Positions 38,759 to 50,400 of a DNA stretch of 64,000 bases are shown here, in pieces. The notes beneath the pieces are model-generated. The model was given only the letters and a program-made list of their open reading frames with translations, had not been told where the DNA came from and made no database searches. The DNA lies in NCBI GenBank assembly GCA_032718475.1, contig JAUCBJ010008061.1:1-64000 (forward strand), written 5' to 3'. The stretch comes from Nemertoderma westbladi. Taxonomy: Eukaryota > Animalia > Xenacoelomorpha. Position numbers and translations under genes: made by a program. How positions within the stretch are numbered: the first letter of the stretch is position 1; the number at the start of each line of letters is the position of its first letter.

Positions 38759-39631
38759 AGACGACTAGCAAAAACTTATATTGAAACAGCTGTCGCGAAA
38801 TTGCTGAATAACTCGTTATTTGGTAAAATGATAGAGAAGATACGAGATCGCTGTAATTTCCGTATCGCTAATAGCAATGAGAAATGCGATCAATTGGTGA
38901 AACGTATAAATCACGACAATTTCATGATTTATAACAATTCCTTATCGGGACACTTATTAGTGAAAGACAGCGTGACACTAGATAAACCAGTCTATGTAGG
39001 TAGTACTGACTTGGATTTGGCTAAATTGGATATGTATGAGCTGTACTATAATAAATTACTACCTATTGAGAAAGAATTAAACTGCCGAATTGAAATTGTA
39101 GCATCAGATACAGACTCATTAATAGGTTGTTATTATAATACATCGCAGAGTAATTTCTTAAAAGCCTTAATTAAAAATAATATTCTAGATACCTCTAATT
39201 ACCCCAAGGATCACCCTCTCTACAGCGATAAAAATAAATCCAGACTCTATTACTGTAAAGACGAGTTGTGCTCGAGAGAGATTAAACAAGCAGTATTTTT
39301 AAGACCAAAATTATATTCAATTTTGGAATGGAATAACAAAAATATACGACGGGTGAAAGTAATAACAAGACCTGTCGTGGATAAAAAAATATGCCACGAA
39401 GATTATTTAAGAGCATATAAGGATAACGAAGAAATTTCCAAGGAAACGCATCAATTTCAGAGTCAATTACACAAAGTGTACACTGTAGCACGAGATAAGT
39501 TTCCTCTCAGCGCATTTGACGATAAACTTTATTGGGTTAATAAAAATCATTCACTTCCCTGGGGTCACTATCAAACAAAGGTTGAAAAACCCGTAAAAAA
39601 AACAATATACCTATTTATCGGGAGCCAAACA
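38759..39631 (+). pseudogene. C-terminal part of protein-primed family B DNA polymerase
   Basis: Motif B KLLNNSLFGK, KPVYVG, motif C ASDTDS, LRPKLYS, LSAFDDK..SLPWGHY. A stop at 38756-58 precedes it; the exonuclease and motif A are absent. Confidence 0.93.
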
Positions 39632-40189
39632 ATGAACTCTCAGATAGTTAATAAGAATGTAAGTTGCCAGCAAGTGTCAGCGATTAATTTAAAAGAATTA
39701 AAAAATCAATTATCTGGTAAACACATACTCAAACCAAATCAGTTTATATATAAGATATTTGGTGCCACATTATTAATATTTAAAAATGGTCGTATTACAT
39801 TATTAGGTAGTGAGTATAATTTCCAAAAAGTAAAAAAGCATATATTTGATAAAACTAGTATTAATTTGATTTTAAAATCTGTTAATTTATGTACTTATAT
39901 TTTTAGTATTAAGTCTGTAGTCTATAGGTTATTGATAAACAATACCGGGTTTTATGTTGTCTTTGATAATGTACAACTTCAAGTTATATATGAACCTGAA
40001 ATTTTTAATAATTATTGCAAAATAAGAATAAATAATACCGTAGTCATTTGCTGCTTTCATACCGGTAAATGTACTTTAATGTGTTCACCTAGCAAATTTC
40101 ACATTTATTATCCTATATTTAGTAAACTGGTTAATTATTTATTAATGTTTGGTGTTGTGACTTTAGGTGTAGAATATATTGGTAATTAG
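39632..40189 (+). CDS. TATA-binding-protein-like two-repeat domain, in frame with pPolB, with its own ATG at 39632
   Basis: Repeat 1: QIVN..INLKEL..ATLLIFKNGRITLLGS. Repeat 2: SVNLC..YEPEIF..VVICCFHTGKCTL. Compare TBP TALIFSSGK and YEPELF..LLIFVSGK. Length ~185 aa. Confidence 0.75.
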   Translation: MNSQIVNKNVSCQQVSAINLKELKNQLSGKHILKPNQFIYKIFGATLLIFKNGRITLLGSEYNFQKVKKHIFDKTSINLILKSVNLCTYIFSIKSVVYRLLINNTGFYVVFDNVQLQVIYEPEIFNNYCKIRINNTVVICCFHTGKCTLMCSPSKFHIYYPIFSKLVNYLLMFGVVTLGVEYIGN

Positions 40190-40417
40190 AAGGTGAAAAT
40201 TAAACATTATTATTTTTCAATCGATCTATCGGTAGTTAGGGAAAACTAACCTCGTTTGAATAAGCATGACTCTCACAGACTGACTGCGTGCCTAGCCGGT
40301 AGTAGCTGCGAGGCTGGCTGCGAGGCTGACTGCGAGGCTGGCAGCGATGCTGACTGTGTGACTAGTTGCGAGGCTGGCTGCGAGGCTGGCAGCGATGCTG
40401 GTCGCGAGGCTGGCTGC

Positions 40418-41217
40418 GAGGTTGACCGCATCCCAGCTGGGAGGCTGACTGCGCGCACATCTGATTGTAACTGGCTCACGATATTGTATACAATGATTTA
40501 GTTTGTTACTGCAGGTACTGTTAAATTAATACTGTAGTACCGGTACTGCAGTACAATGCTAATCAAAGGAAATCAGTATGCTCTATCTGACTATACTGTT
40601 ACAATAACAGTGACAGTACTGCAGTACTGTATTGTTTGGGTAGGGGATCTAATCCCTGTATGTGAGACCCATGCGTGCAATCCAGGTCATGTCAGCAGTA
40701 TGCTATTGCATCAGATTACTGCTGTACTGATACCAGTAGACCACGACTACAGTGTTGGAAGTGTAAAACACTACAGGTACTGATAAAGTGGATGACAGTT
40801 GTGGATACGAGCTGCGAGGCTAGCTGTGAGGTTGACCGCATCCCCTCAGCGTGGCTGACTGCGTACACATCTGATTGTAACTGGCTCACGATATTGTATA
40901 CATTGGCTTAGTTTGTTACTGCAGGTACTGTTACATTAATACTGTAGTACCGGTACTGCAGTACAATGCTAATCAAAGGAAATCAGTATGCTCTATCTGA
41001 CTATACTGTTACAACAACAGTGACAGTACTGCAGTACTGTATTGTTTGGGTAGGTGATCTAATCCCTGTATGTGAGACCCCTGCATGCAATCCAGGTCAT
41101 GACAGCAGTATGCTATTGCATCAGATTACTGCTGTACTGATACCAGTAGACTGCGACTACAGTGTTGGAAGAGTAAAACACTACCGGTACTGATAAAGTG
41201 GATGACAGTTGTGGATA
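40418..41217. repeat. 410-bp tandem direct duplication preceded by GCGAGGCTGGCT repeats
   Basis: 40418-40807 closely matches 40828-41217. Confidence 0.9.
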
Positions 41218-41598
41218 GGCCTATAATAAATTATTGAATTTATCAGTACCGGTACCAACAGGTTAACATTACATCCTATACAGATTATGTTGCATTTCTG
41301 ACTAATATTACAAAGTTATATCACTAGTCAACTACTGTATGTGTTATTAGTTTGCGATGTATAGGATGTTTCTCAATACCAGTACAACTATATTAGAATG
41401 ATGTCGAGAATACTTACTGTACATGTTACGTCTACATCATATTGTTAAATGTGTATGGTTTACCTAGCGCAATTGATTCTTTTTTAGAGATCTTGTTGTA
41501 AAAAAAATTATATTTTATTATATTTTTATATTAACATCAAGATCATCACCAAAATAAAATTATATTATATCCCATCACATTACAAGCTTACAGTAAAC

Positions 41599-42171
41599 CT
41601 ACTGTACATCATTCATCACAGTTATTTCTTTCTGTTTATCACCTGTCTCAGTTAATCGTTTCGTTACATACCCTCCAATCCTTTTCGCTGAGCAGTAATT
41701 CAAGCAGCTATCACCATCTTTGTGAAAACTACATTTATCTTCTACAGTAGTTAATTTATCATGGAAGGGGCATGGAGTTAAATAATTGTAATATAGTCGA
41801 AATATTCCCAATTTGTTCATCGATTTTGGAGCGTAAACATCAAGTTGGGTATTTAATATTGCGGCTTTCATCAACCCAAATACATATATATTATATTTAT
41901 TTTTTAATTGTCTCTTCATGTACTTTTTAAAGTCATCTTGCGAAATGTCGCCGTAATCCCAAGGTAAATGTGAAGACATGTCGCGTAAATTGTTTACGTG
42001 GGCTTCATCTAATGCTGATAAGTTAATATCAGGAGGTCCTTTAATTAAAAACGTCTTTATATTAGTTTTACTGTATTTAGAATCGAATATAGCAAATTCT
42101 TTAAATACTACCGGATATTCCTTATTGTCTATCTTATAATATTGAAAATCGACAAAAATAATATTATCCAT
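41599..42171 (-). CDS. Maverick accessory protein, DEDD exonuclease-like
   Basis: IIFVDFQ..VFKEFAI N-terminus, LPWDYG, and a Cys/His tail (CSFH..YCS). Confidence 0.55.
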   Translation of the reverse strand: MDNIIFVDFQYYKIDNKEYPVVFKEFAIFDSKYSKTNIKTFLIKGPPDINLSALDEAHVNNLRDMSSHLPWDYGDISQDDFKKYMKRQLKNKYNIYVFGLMKAAILNTQLDVYAPKSMNKLGIFRLYYNYLTPCPFHDKLTTVEDKCSFHKDGDSCLNYCSAKRIGGYVTKRLTETGDKQKEITVMNDVQ

Positions 42172-42202
42172 TTTATCTGATAAACAAAAGTTAAATGATT
42201 AA

Positions 42203-42655
42203 TTACAACGTTTGTTGGTTTATTTTATAATAATTAACAAGCCATTTATATAATATTATTTCATTTATTTCCACATTATTTGTAAACGCTCTCATTGGAT
42301 AGTTTGTGTGAATTCGATTTACCAAGTAATAAAGACAGTATAACCCACATGTGGTCCTTCTAGGGTCTTGAAATTGTTTGCGGGTAGTACACCACCTTGC
42401 TGTATTTTTCTCAAGCCATTTTTCGATACATCTGTTTGGATATTTTGGTCCAAACGAATTAAATAATTCAGCATCATTATCTCGTATATATATAGCTACC
42501 CCTTGAACACCCGGCAGATGCTCTTTATCGGTATTTACTATAAACCCATAATCTCTCTGCTTATTATTATCTAATTTAGGTAATTTATTAGATGGAAATG
42601 CCCCCAAATAGTGACCACCCACTGCAAACATATCAAGGTCCTCTGTAGATAACAT
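42203..42655 (-). CDS. Adenain-like cysteine protease, probably inactive
   Basis: IVNTD..PG-VQG-VA (normally PGxHW), FNSFG (normally FDSFG), FQ..TTCGLYC. Confidence 0.88.
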   Translation of the reverse strand: MLSTEDLDMFAVGGHYLGAFPSNKLPKLDNNKQRDYGFIVNTDKEHLPGVQGVAIYIRDNDAELFNSFGPKYPNRCIEKWLEKNTARWCTTRKQFQDPRRTTCGLYCLYYLVNRIHTNYPMRAFTNNVEINEIILYKWLVNYYKINQQTL

Positions 42656-42657
42656 AC

Positions 42658-43832
42658 TTAATCGATACGTATTTCTTTCCTGCTATTTAAACTTAATGAT
42701 TGATCATAAATATTAAAAACGATTACATTTATGGTCTCAACCAACGGTTCGGCAAATCTTAATTTTAATTGTCCATTAGTATGTATCGATGGTTGAGGAT
42801 CTCTAACATAGCCGTCGGCGGTTAGGTCCCAGGAAATGAGTGGACAATTACCTAAGTAAGTTTCATGGTCTATATTATTACCTCCATAACCGTTAATATA
42901 TGTATTAATGTTCTTCATTAATTGTGTATACTCAAAAATGTATGTTCTATCTGTAAAATTAGGCTCGTATATTACACCACCTACTGGAAGACCGTCTACA
43001 ATCAGTTCCGCGCGTCTAAGGTTAAAATGTTCAAATTTCAAGGGATTGCTAGTTAATTCTCCCAAATATGCATTATTTGTTATAAAACCAATAATAACTA
43101 ATTTGGGTTTTTTACCATCAAATATGTTTGTTTGGGTGTAATTTGTGGTTTGAGCGGGAATAGTAAATGTAGTAACTTCTTTTTTTTGAAATTGATATTC
43201 AATATCGTAACTCTCTAAACCTTTTAGGTGACTGCTTTCTATTACGGGATTAACCTCCATTCTAGGGATTAGGATCTTTACTTCATCTAATTCTAACCGA
43301 AGATTTGTCACAGCGTTTGCGTTTGGAGTGATTTTAAAAATAAACGAATTTGATACTTTTCTAAAATGCATTCTTAAATCATACCCAGGTTGTATTATTT
43401 TACTTTCAGTATCAAAATCAATCGTCAATCCACTTACAAATTGCATTTGTTTACTAAAGGCATCGCCAATAGGATGCGCGCCAGGATTAATTTCATTTCC
43501 GTGTTCGGATAAAGGCTGATGAAAGCCCCCAGCCCCCAGTAGCCCATTTTTAGATTCGTATGTTGTAAATAGTAAATTGGATAAGTACGACTTGTAGAAA
43601 TAATGGTTATTGCTATTTTCAACCTGCTTCTCATTAAGGTCTATTTTAATATCACTCCACATAGTCCCAGAAGGGTAATTCAACATATAAATATGAGAGT
43701 TTTCAAGTCGTCTATCCCACCGTACAGTACATTTTGTAATTAATAACGCATCTTGCAGTTTCGTATAGAATTCATTGGATCTTGGTACAAGGAATGTGAC
43801 TTCCCTAGACTCGCTTCTGAGATTAGATACCG
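42658..43832 (-). CDS. Major capsid protein, 3' part
   Basis: Open through to the insertion site. PKLVIIGF..NAYLG..NPLKFEHFNL and GQLKLRFAEPL..INVIVF are typical of the Polinton MCP. Confidence 0.85.
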
Positions 43833-44380
43833 TGTTAGCTTATTCAATCCCGCTAACACCCCATAAAGTTATAAGCCGATAAGCAATATTAGGAGCCACG
43901 AGATTGGGTAATTAACCAACTTGTGCCATCCCAATAAGAATGGGAAGGAAGCACACAATAGAGGGTCAGGGGCCAAACCCCTAACCCAGAGAGAACAGGA
44001 GGAGTGAACGGGAACACTCCAAAGGGCGCCAACAAGGGTATCAACCAATCAGAGGGGGGAAAGGCATCGATTAGGTAGAGTAACAAGGCCAACCGTGCAA
44101 TATAGCCACTTGGCAGTAATATTACCAGTTCAGTTATCTCAGTGCAATACCGGTGCTAGTTAGGTTATTACATAGTTTTAGATAGGGAAGGACCGGGACT
44201 TTAGTTACCGTATCCCGCCTTCCGTATACGACAATATTATCTCATACTATATCTATATCTATATTCACATGTTATATTATATACGACAAACAACATCAGA
44301 ACTCGTTTCACTCGTTATACACGGCGGGGACGCGTGAACTAAAACCGGATAAACCGGGATCCCTCTTGGATCCCGTCACA

Positions 44381-44389
44381 GTAACTAAA
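44381..44389 (+). promoter_or_regulatory. Non-tRNA primer-binding site GTAACTAAA, complementary to the LTR 9-mer at 44200-44208
   Basis: Lies immediately after the 5' LTR, lacks TGG, and is the exact reverse complement of TTTAGTTAC. Confidence 0.7.
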
Positions 44390-44463
44390 CCCTTCGGCAG
44401 TAACCAAACCAGCTGCCGCCCTAGATAAACTTAACCACTAGCCACCGAAATCTGCAGAAGAGG

Positions 44464-47400
44464 ATGAGTCAGTCAGGTGACACGACACCGACGCGGACCC
44501 CGGACGAAGACCTAACGATCCGCGAGGCCGCAACCAGGCGATACAGGCCCACAACGCCGGACCCATCGGTAACGGGTCATCTGGCAGTTCAAGACGAGGG
44601 GAGCCTGGAACAAGAGGTCGAGCCAAGAGGAAGGGAGAGCGAGACGGGGGGAGACGGAGATGAGTCGACACGGGACGGAGATCGGCGCACCGATGTCGCC
44701 GGCCAGCTACAGGCCGAGGGCGACGAGCGGCCCACCGAAACGGCGATGGTGGGGCCGACGGTGCGACGCCGGACGCGTAGAGACGGAGGAGACATCGGTA
44801 CCGATGTCGCCGGCCAGCTACAGGCCGAGGGCGACGGACGGCCCACCGGAACGGCGACGGTGGAGCCGCCGGTACGACGTCGAACCCGGAGGGACGGAGG
44901 AGAGGTCGGCGACGAGGACGTCGGGGTTTCAGAGCGACTTCGACGGGCCTACAACGCGACCCGGAAGCTAATGAAGGACGCCAAGAAGAAAGGGGCGAAG
45001 GTAGACGAGGTGAGACTGAGAAAGCGACTAGGTGAGTCGGATAGACACTTTAATTACCTAATACGTTTTGGGCAGAGAGAACTAGCCGAGGGGAGAGCAA
45101 AAGGGGTTGCCGGCGAACTGTTTGAACTATGGGAGTGTGGGAGTATGGAACCTAGTGTAGCGCCAGTGTACATAGGGCCATACTTGGTCGATGCCCGGGG
45201 AGTAAAATTAGTGGGTTGGAGGGGACCCGAGGGGGGCGAATCCGAGGTTAACCCCGAGGATTCGGCCTCGTCGGTCGGAGAAAGTTCCGGGAAGCGGGGG
45301 AAAGTTAGTAGGTCGGGAAGGCGGAGGGGGTCCGTCGTAACCGATAAGTCTGCTACATCCTCCGCAAAAGAAAGAGTGGTGAGAGAGATAGGTGCCGCAT
45401 ACCGTCTCAACATGGTAGAACAAGGTCAGAGGGAAATGGAGGAACGGTTAGAGGAGGGGAGAGTGCGGTTAGAGAGGGAAGCGGCATTGATTAGAGAAAC
45501 CGGAGAGAGGGCCAAAAGGGCTTTGAGAAGCCTTAGGGAGTGTGAGGAAATAGAGGAAAAGGAGTGTAGGGAGCGTGAGGCAAGGGAGGACAGGGAACGC
45601 AAAGAGCGTGAGGCAGAACGCAAGGAACATGAGGCGAGGAGGGAAAAGTAACGCAAGGAACATGAGGCGAGAAGGGAAAAGGAACGCAAGGAGCGCGAGG
45701 TGAGACGAAGGGAGAGCGTTAGGAGTGTAGCGGAGTCGGCCGCCCGGGACACCCAGGAGTGTGAGAGGAGAATGGCAGAGGCTGAACGAGAGCACAAGGA
45801 ATTAAAGAGACGCCAGAGTGTGCTTGCGGAACATAAGATTAGACGGGCGCACGAGCTGCAACTGGTGCGAGCGTCGCCGTCTGAAAGCGGGGCCGGCTCG
45901 AGTATTTTTGGGGAGCCGGGGGCCGTAGATACATTTATTGATACCCCACTGACAGGGACCGCGCGACAGACCCAAAACTGGTGTGACCGTACGGGCGGGG
46001 GGGGGGGGGGGGGGGTAATGACAATAATGATACAGTAGACGTTGTTAATGATGATAGTACCGTATGGGACAACTCTAATCAAACCTTTATTGCAGGAAAT
46101 ACTTTGCCTAGTGGTAGTAATTTAAATTTAAATCAGAACAATCCTAATATTAATGTAGAAAATAATTCTAATATTAATGTAATTACGCAAAATAACTCAA
46201 ATAATCAAAATAATAACCCAAATTCGAACCTACAAAATAATTTAAATAACGCGATTACGCAGAATAATTCAAATAATTTAAATAATGATCCAAGCCCGAA
46301 TTTACAAAATAACTCAGATAGCGTAGTCGCGCAGAATAATACAAATGGTTTCGTTCCAAGCGAGCAAATCAATTCTGTTTCCAATATGGGTGCTATTAAC
46401 GTAAACACGTCGGACGTGTATAGCCAGGCAGATGAGGGCCTGGTAGGCCGCGTAGTTGGTAGGCAGGGAGTAGGGGGCCTGGTAGGCCACGTAGTTGGTA
46501 GACAGGGAGTAGAGGGCCTGGAAGGCCACGCAATAGCAGGAGGAGAAGCGGGGGTGAATAGACCCGACCGCGGTAGGGTTGATGTGTCGACTAGAGAGGT
46601 ATATAGTAGCGGGGTGAGAGGTAGCGAAGTAAAATGTAGCGAGTGGGGGGGGGGCTACAAGGGCCCCACAACAGAGAGTTAGCGGCGAGAGGGGGGGGGG
46701 GGGGGGGGGGGCAGAGAGTGTCCCACAGCCGTCAGCGGACAATGCGCGGGCCGAAATAGGTAAACCGCAACGACCGGCGACGGAAAGTAATAGGGGGATT
46801 GCGGATATCCCCAGCGGCGTGCGACCGAGCAGAGAGAGACGGGTTGACGTCGCGAGAGGGCGGACGAAGCGTCGAGCCCGATCAGAGGAAGGAAGAAGAA
46901 CAGTGGGGTTTAACCGGGAGGTCGACGAGAGATCTCACGAGCGGGAATATTCCACTGATAGGAGAAGAAAGGAAGACAGTAGTAGAAGTATCGCCGCGAA
47001 CGATAGAAGAGCGAGGACGGATAGCGAGCCGTCGATAGTCGAGATGAGAACGGAGAGTCAGTGGGGTCGGACTCCGGGAGATTGCCGTCGCCCCGGAGAG
47101 ATGCGACCCGGCGAGGCGCACTACGCGCCGAGAGAGGGGTACACAATGTATCGGTACGAAGATGAGAACAGTAGAGAGGGGGGTCGAAGAGAAACTTTCC
47201 GACGGGATATACCTACCGATCGAGAATACGGTAGCCGCGGGGAGGATTATTCGAGAAGAATAAACTTCAATCCCGAACAACACATGCAGACTGTAGGACA
47301 TACTGTAGGCCTTACTGCACATACCATAGGCCATACTGAGAGAGGCAATGTAGGCGATAGGATAGCGTGGACAACGGGATTAAACCTGGAAGTCGCGGAA

Positions 47401-50400
47401 TACATACCGGCGGGTAGGCCAGAAACTGATAGGCCTATACCGGTACCAGCACAGCAGTATGACTACAGCATGCAGGGACATAACATATACCCAGGGGAGG
47501 GGGGAATTATTGCGGATAGGTGCATGGGCCCCAACATATTAACATCAACCCCAGTACCAAACATACCGGTGGGGGGGGACAGGGTGACATTCCCCCATCA
47601 CAATATCAACAATATACCCCGATAGGAGCAAGAACAACGAGACCCTTGGATGAGAATAAGTCGTGTGACACAGAGATATGGAGGGGGCCGCTACCCCCGA
47701 TGACATACCCAAGTCAGAGAAGATCGAGAAATAGGACGGACGAACCGCACCAGACAGCGGAAACTATACAGCACCCGTCGAATCCATTGGAAGCGCAGGC
47801 GATGGGGATGGCCACGTTGATCGATGCGTTGAAAACGAGGATCGAGCTACCACCAGTGGAACCATTCAAATTCGATGGGAGTAGGCCGGAAGAATATCTA
47901 CAGTTTCGGCGCATGTATAGTAACGAAATACTAACAAAAAACTTGACGCAGGCGGAGTGCCTAAAGTATCTACAAGTGTACATGGGAGGCCCAGCATACG
48001 ACATCGTGAGGCAATATCAAGGAATAGAGGGCGGCTTCACGACAGCATGGCGGGCACTGGATAGGGAATACGGGCACCCGGCCAAGATCATCAGGCAGAC
48101 GCTGAGGGGCATAACATCGGGTGGCCTGCAGGATAATCCCGTTAGCATTAAGACGTTCGCTAACAAAGTCGAAAAGGCGCTAATCGTGCTGAAGACGCTA
48201 GACGCGCCGTACGAGCTCAATGCGTCCAACAACATCACCACGATAGCGCAGGCACTACCAAACTGGCTGCGCAACAAGTGGAGAAAAATCGCCTTCTCTA
48301 CTCGAGATAAGAAGGGTGCGGAACCGGGTTTAGAAGAAATGTCAAACTTCTTAAACTACGAGGCTGAACTAATAACTGACCCAGTCTATAGCGAAGACAG
48401 CCTGGGAAAGGGACCGAAGACAGACTACCATAGACCGAAACAAGAGCACAACACATCAAACGCATTACCGAGACTCAGGCAATCATTGCCATATGCAGCG
48501 ACGCAGGGGACTGCAAGTCCACAGCTAGCCGAGGATAAGACAACATCATGGAACGGACAGGGAAACAATAATAACACGAATAAACATAACCCCAGTACGT
48601 CCAATCGGCAAAACCCAAACAATAAGAATAGTAGGGACTTTGGTACGAACGCAACTGCGATACGCAATGCACTGTATAAAGAGGGCTACGACCCAAAGAG
48701 CAAATGTCAGTTACACGCAAATGCGCTTCATCAAACTATGAACTGCAGGTACTGGCAGGCGCTACCTAGGCAAGATCAGATAGATTATGCGTTCAGCAAT
48801 AAAATCTGCTCGCGATGTGTAATGAGTGGACATAGAGCAAGGGAGTGCAAGGAGAAGCCAATGAAATTTGGTCAAAGGAGAGGCCAAACGATGGCGACGA
48901 GCACAGTAGGGGCGAAGAAGAGAGGAACGGTGCTACTTGGAGTAGTACCAGTACGAGTGATCGGGGAAGGCAATCGATCAGTAACAACACTAATGCTGGT
49001 TGATAGTGGAGCTGCCTTCACATTAGTCGAGGAATGGGTGGCCGAGGAGATAGGATTGAGAACGAGGCCAAGCAGGATGGCGGTAACAACCATCTCTAGC
49101 AAAGATGAGATCCTGGAGATGAGAACAGGACGGTGCGCAATTGCAGCAGTGGCACCAGGATGCGACTATGGGGCAACCATCGACCCCATTCAAGTGATAG
49201 AGTCAATTAATATCAATGCCAGGCGACCAACCAACATCGAGGTTGAGCAGTACAAATTCCTGGACAACATTGACTTCTCAATCCCAGACGTGGACGTTAG
49301 GAAGGTATCCATCATAGTAGGTATGGACTGCCCAACAGCCCACGAAAGAATGCAAACGGTCTTCGGCGAAGACAAGCAGAGTGACCCGGTGGCCATATTA
49401 ACACCATTCGGGTGGACGCTGAGTGGTCCAATCAAGAGTAAGATACCATTTAGGATGTCGGAGACATCAGGATGCATGTTCGCGGGAACAATGCAGGAAA
49501 TGGGTGATGAGGGAGCAGAGGAGCAGCTTAAAAGACTGCTCAGACAGGATTTCGAGGGATTGAAAGAAACCGGGGTCGGGACCTCGGTGGAAGACAAGCA
49601 GGCTCTACAAAGCGTGGAGGAATCAATGACATGCGATGAGGGACGGTATACTATAGGAATGGTATGGAAACTACCGAAGATACCGCTGCCCGACAATAGG
49701 GGGATGGTACTCACGAGACTCCGCAAGCTGAAACAAACACTAAAACGGAGCCCCGAGAAGAATGAGTACATCCACAGGACGATTAAGAAGTACGTCGAGA
49801 AAGGATGGGCCGTGGAGTTACCGGTCGACGAGCCGAACACGGATAGAACATATTACCTGCCACTGCACGTGGCTTTAGATCCAAAGAAAGGTAAACTAAG
49901 GATGGTAGTCGACGCATCGGCAAAGACCGACGGAAAATGCTTAAACGATTACCTGTTAGAAGGCCCAAATATTTACAATTCGGGCATAGAGGTGTTACTT
50001 AGATTTCGAAATGGGAAACACGCCTTCACGTGTGACATAGAAGGCATGTTCAACCAAGTCCGTGTAACGGAAGAAGATAGCGACAGTCAACGCTTCTTAT
50101 GGTATAACGGCGAAGAAGAACCGCCGATAATACCAGCATATAAGATGATAGTACAGAACATGGGGGCCAAGTCGTCTTCATTTACGACGACTATGGCAGT
50201 GAGAGACACAGTAAAGGGGAAGGAAGATAGATACAGCAGTAGGGCCGTCGATATGATTCGACGCGGCTTCTACGTAGACGACGGAATGGAGTCTGGAAAT
50301 ACGGTTAAGGAGATACTGGATACAGGGCGCGAGGTTCGCGACATCCTAAAGGGATCCGGCTTTAACCTGACCAAATTCCAATCCAGTTCGGAAGAATTTA

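Noticed and set aside
45995-46710. Programmed frameshifting at poly-G runs
   Set aside because: Run lengths vary between copies and element A reads through the first run; homopolymer error or slippage is more likely.
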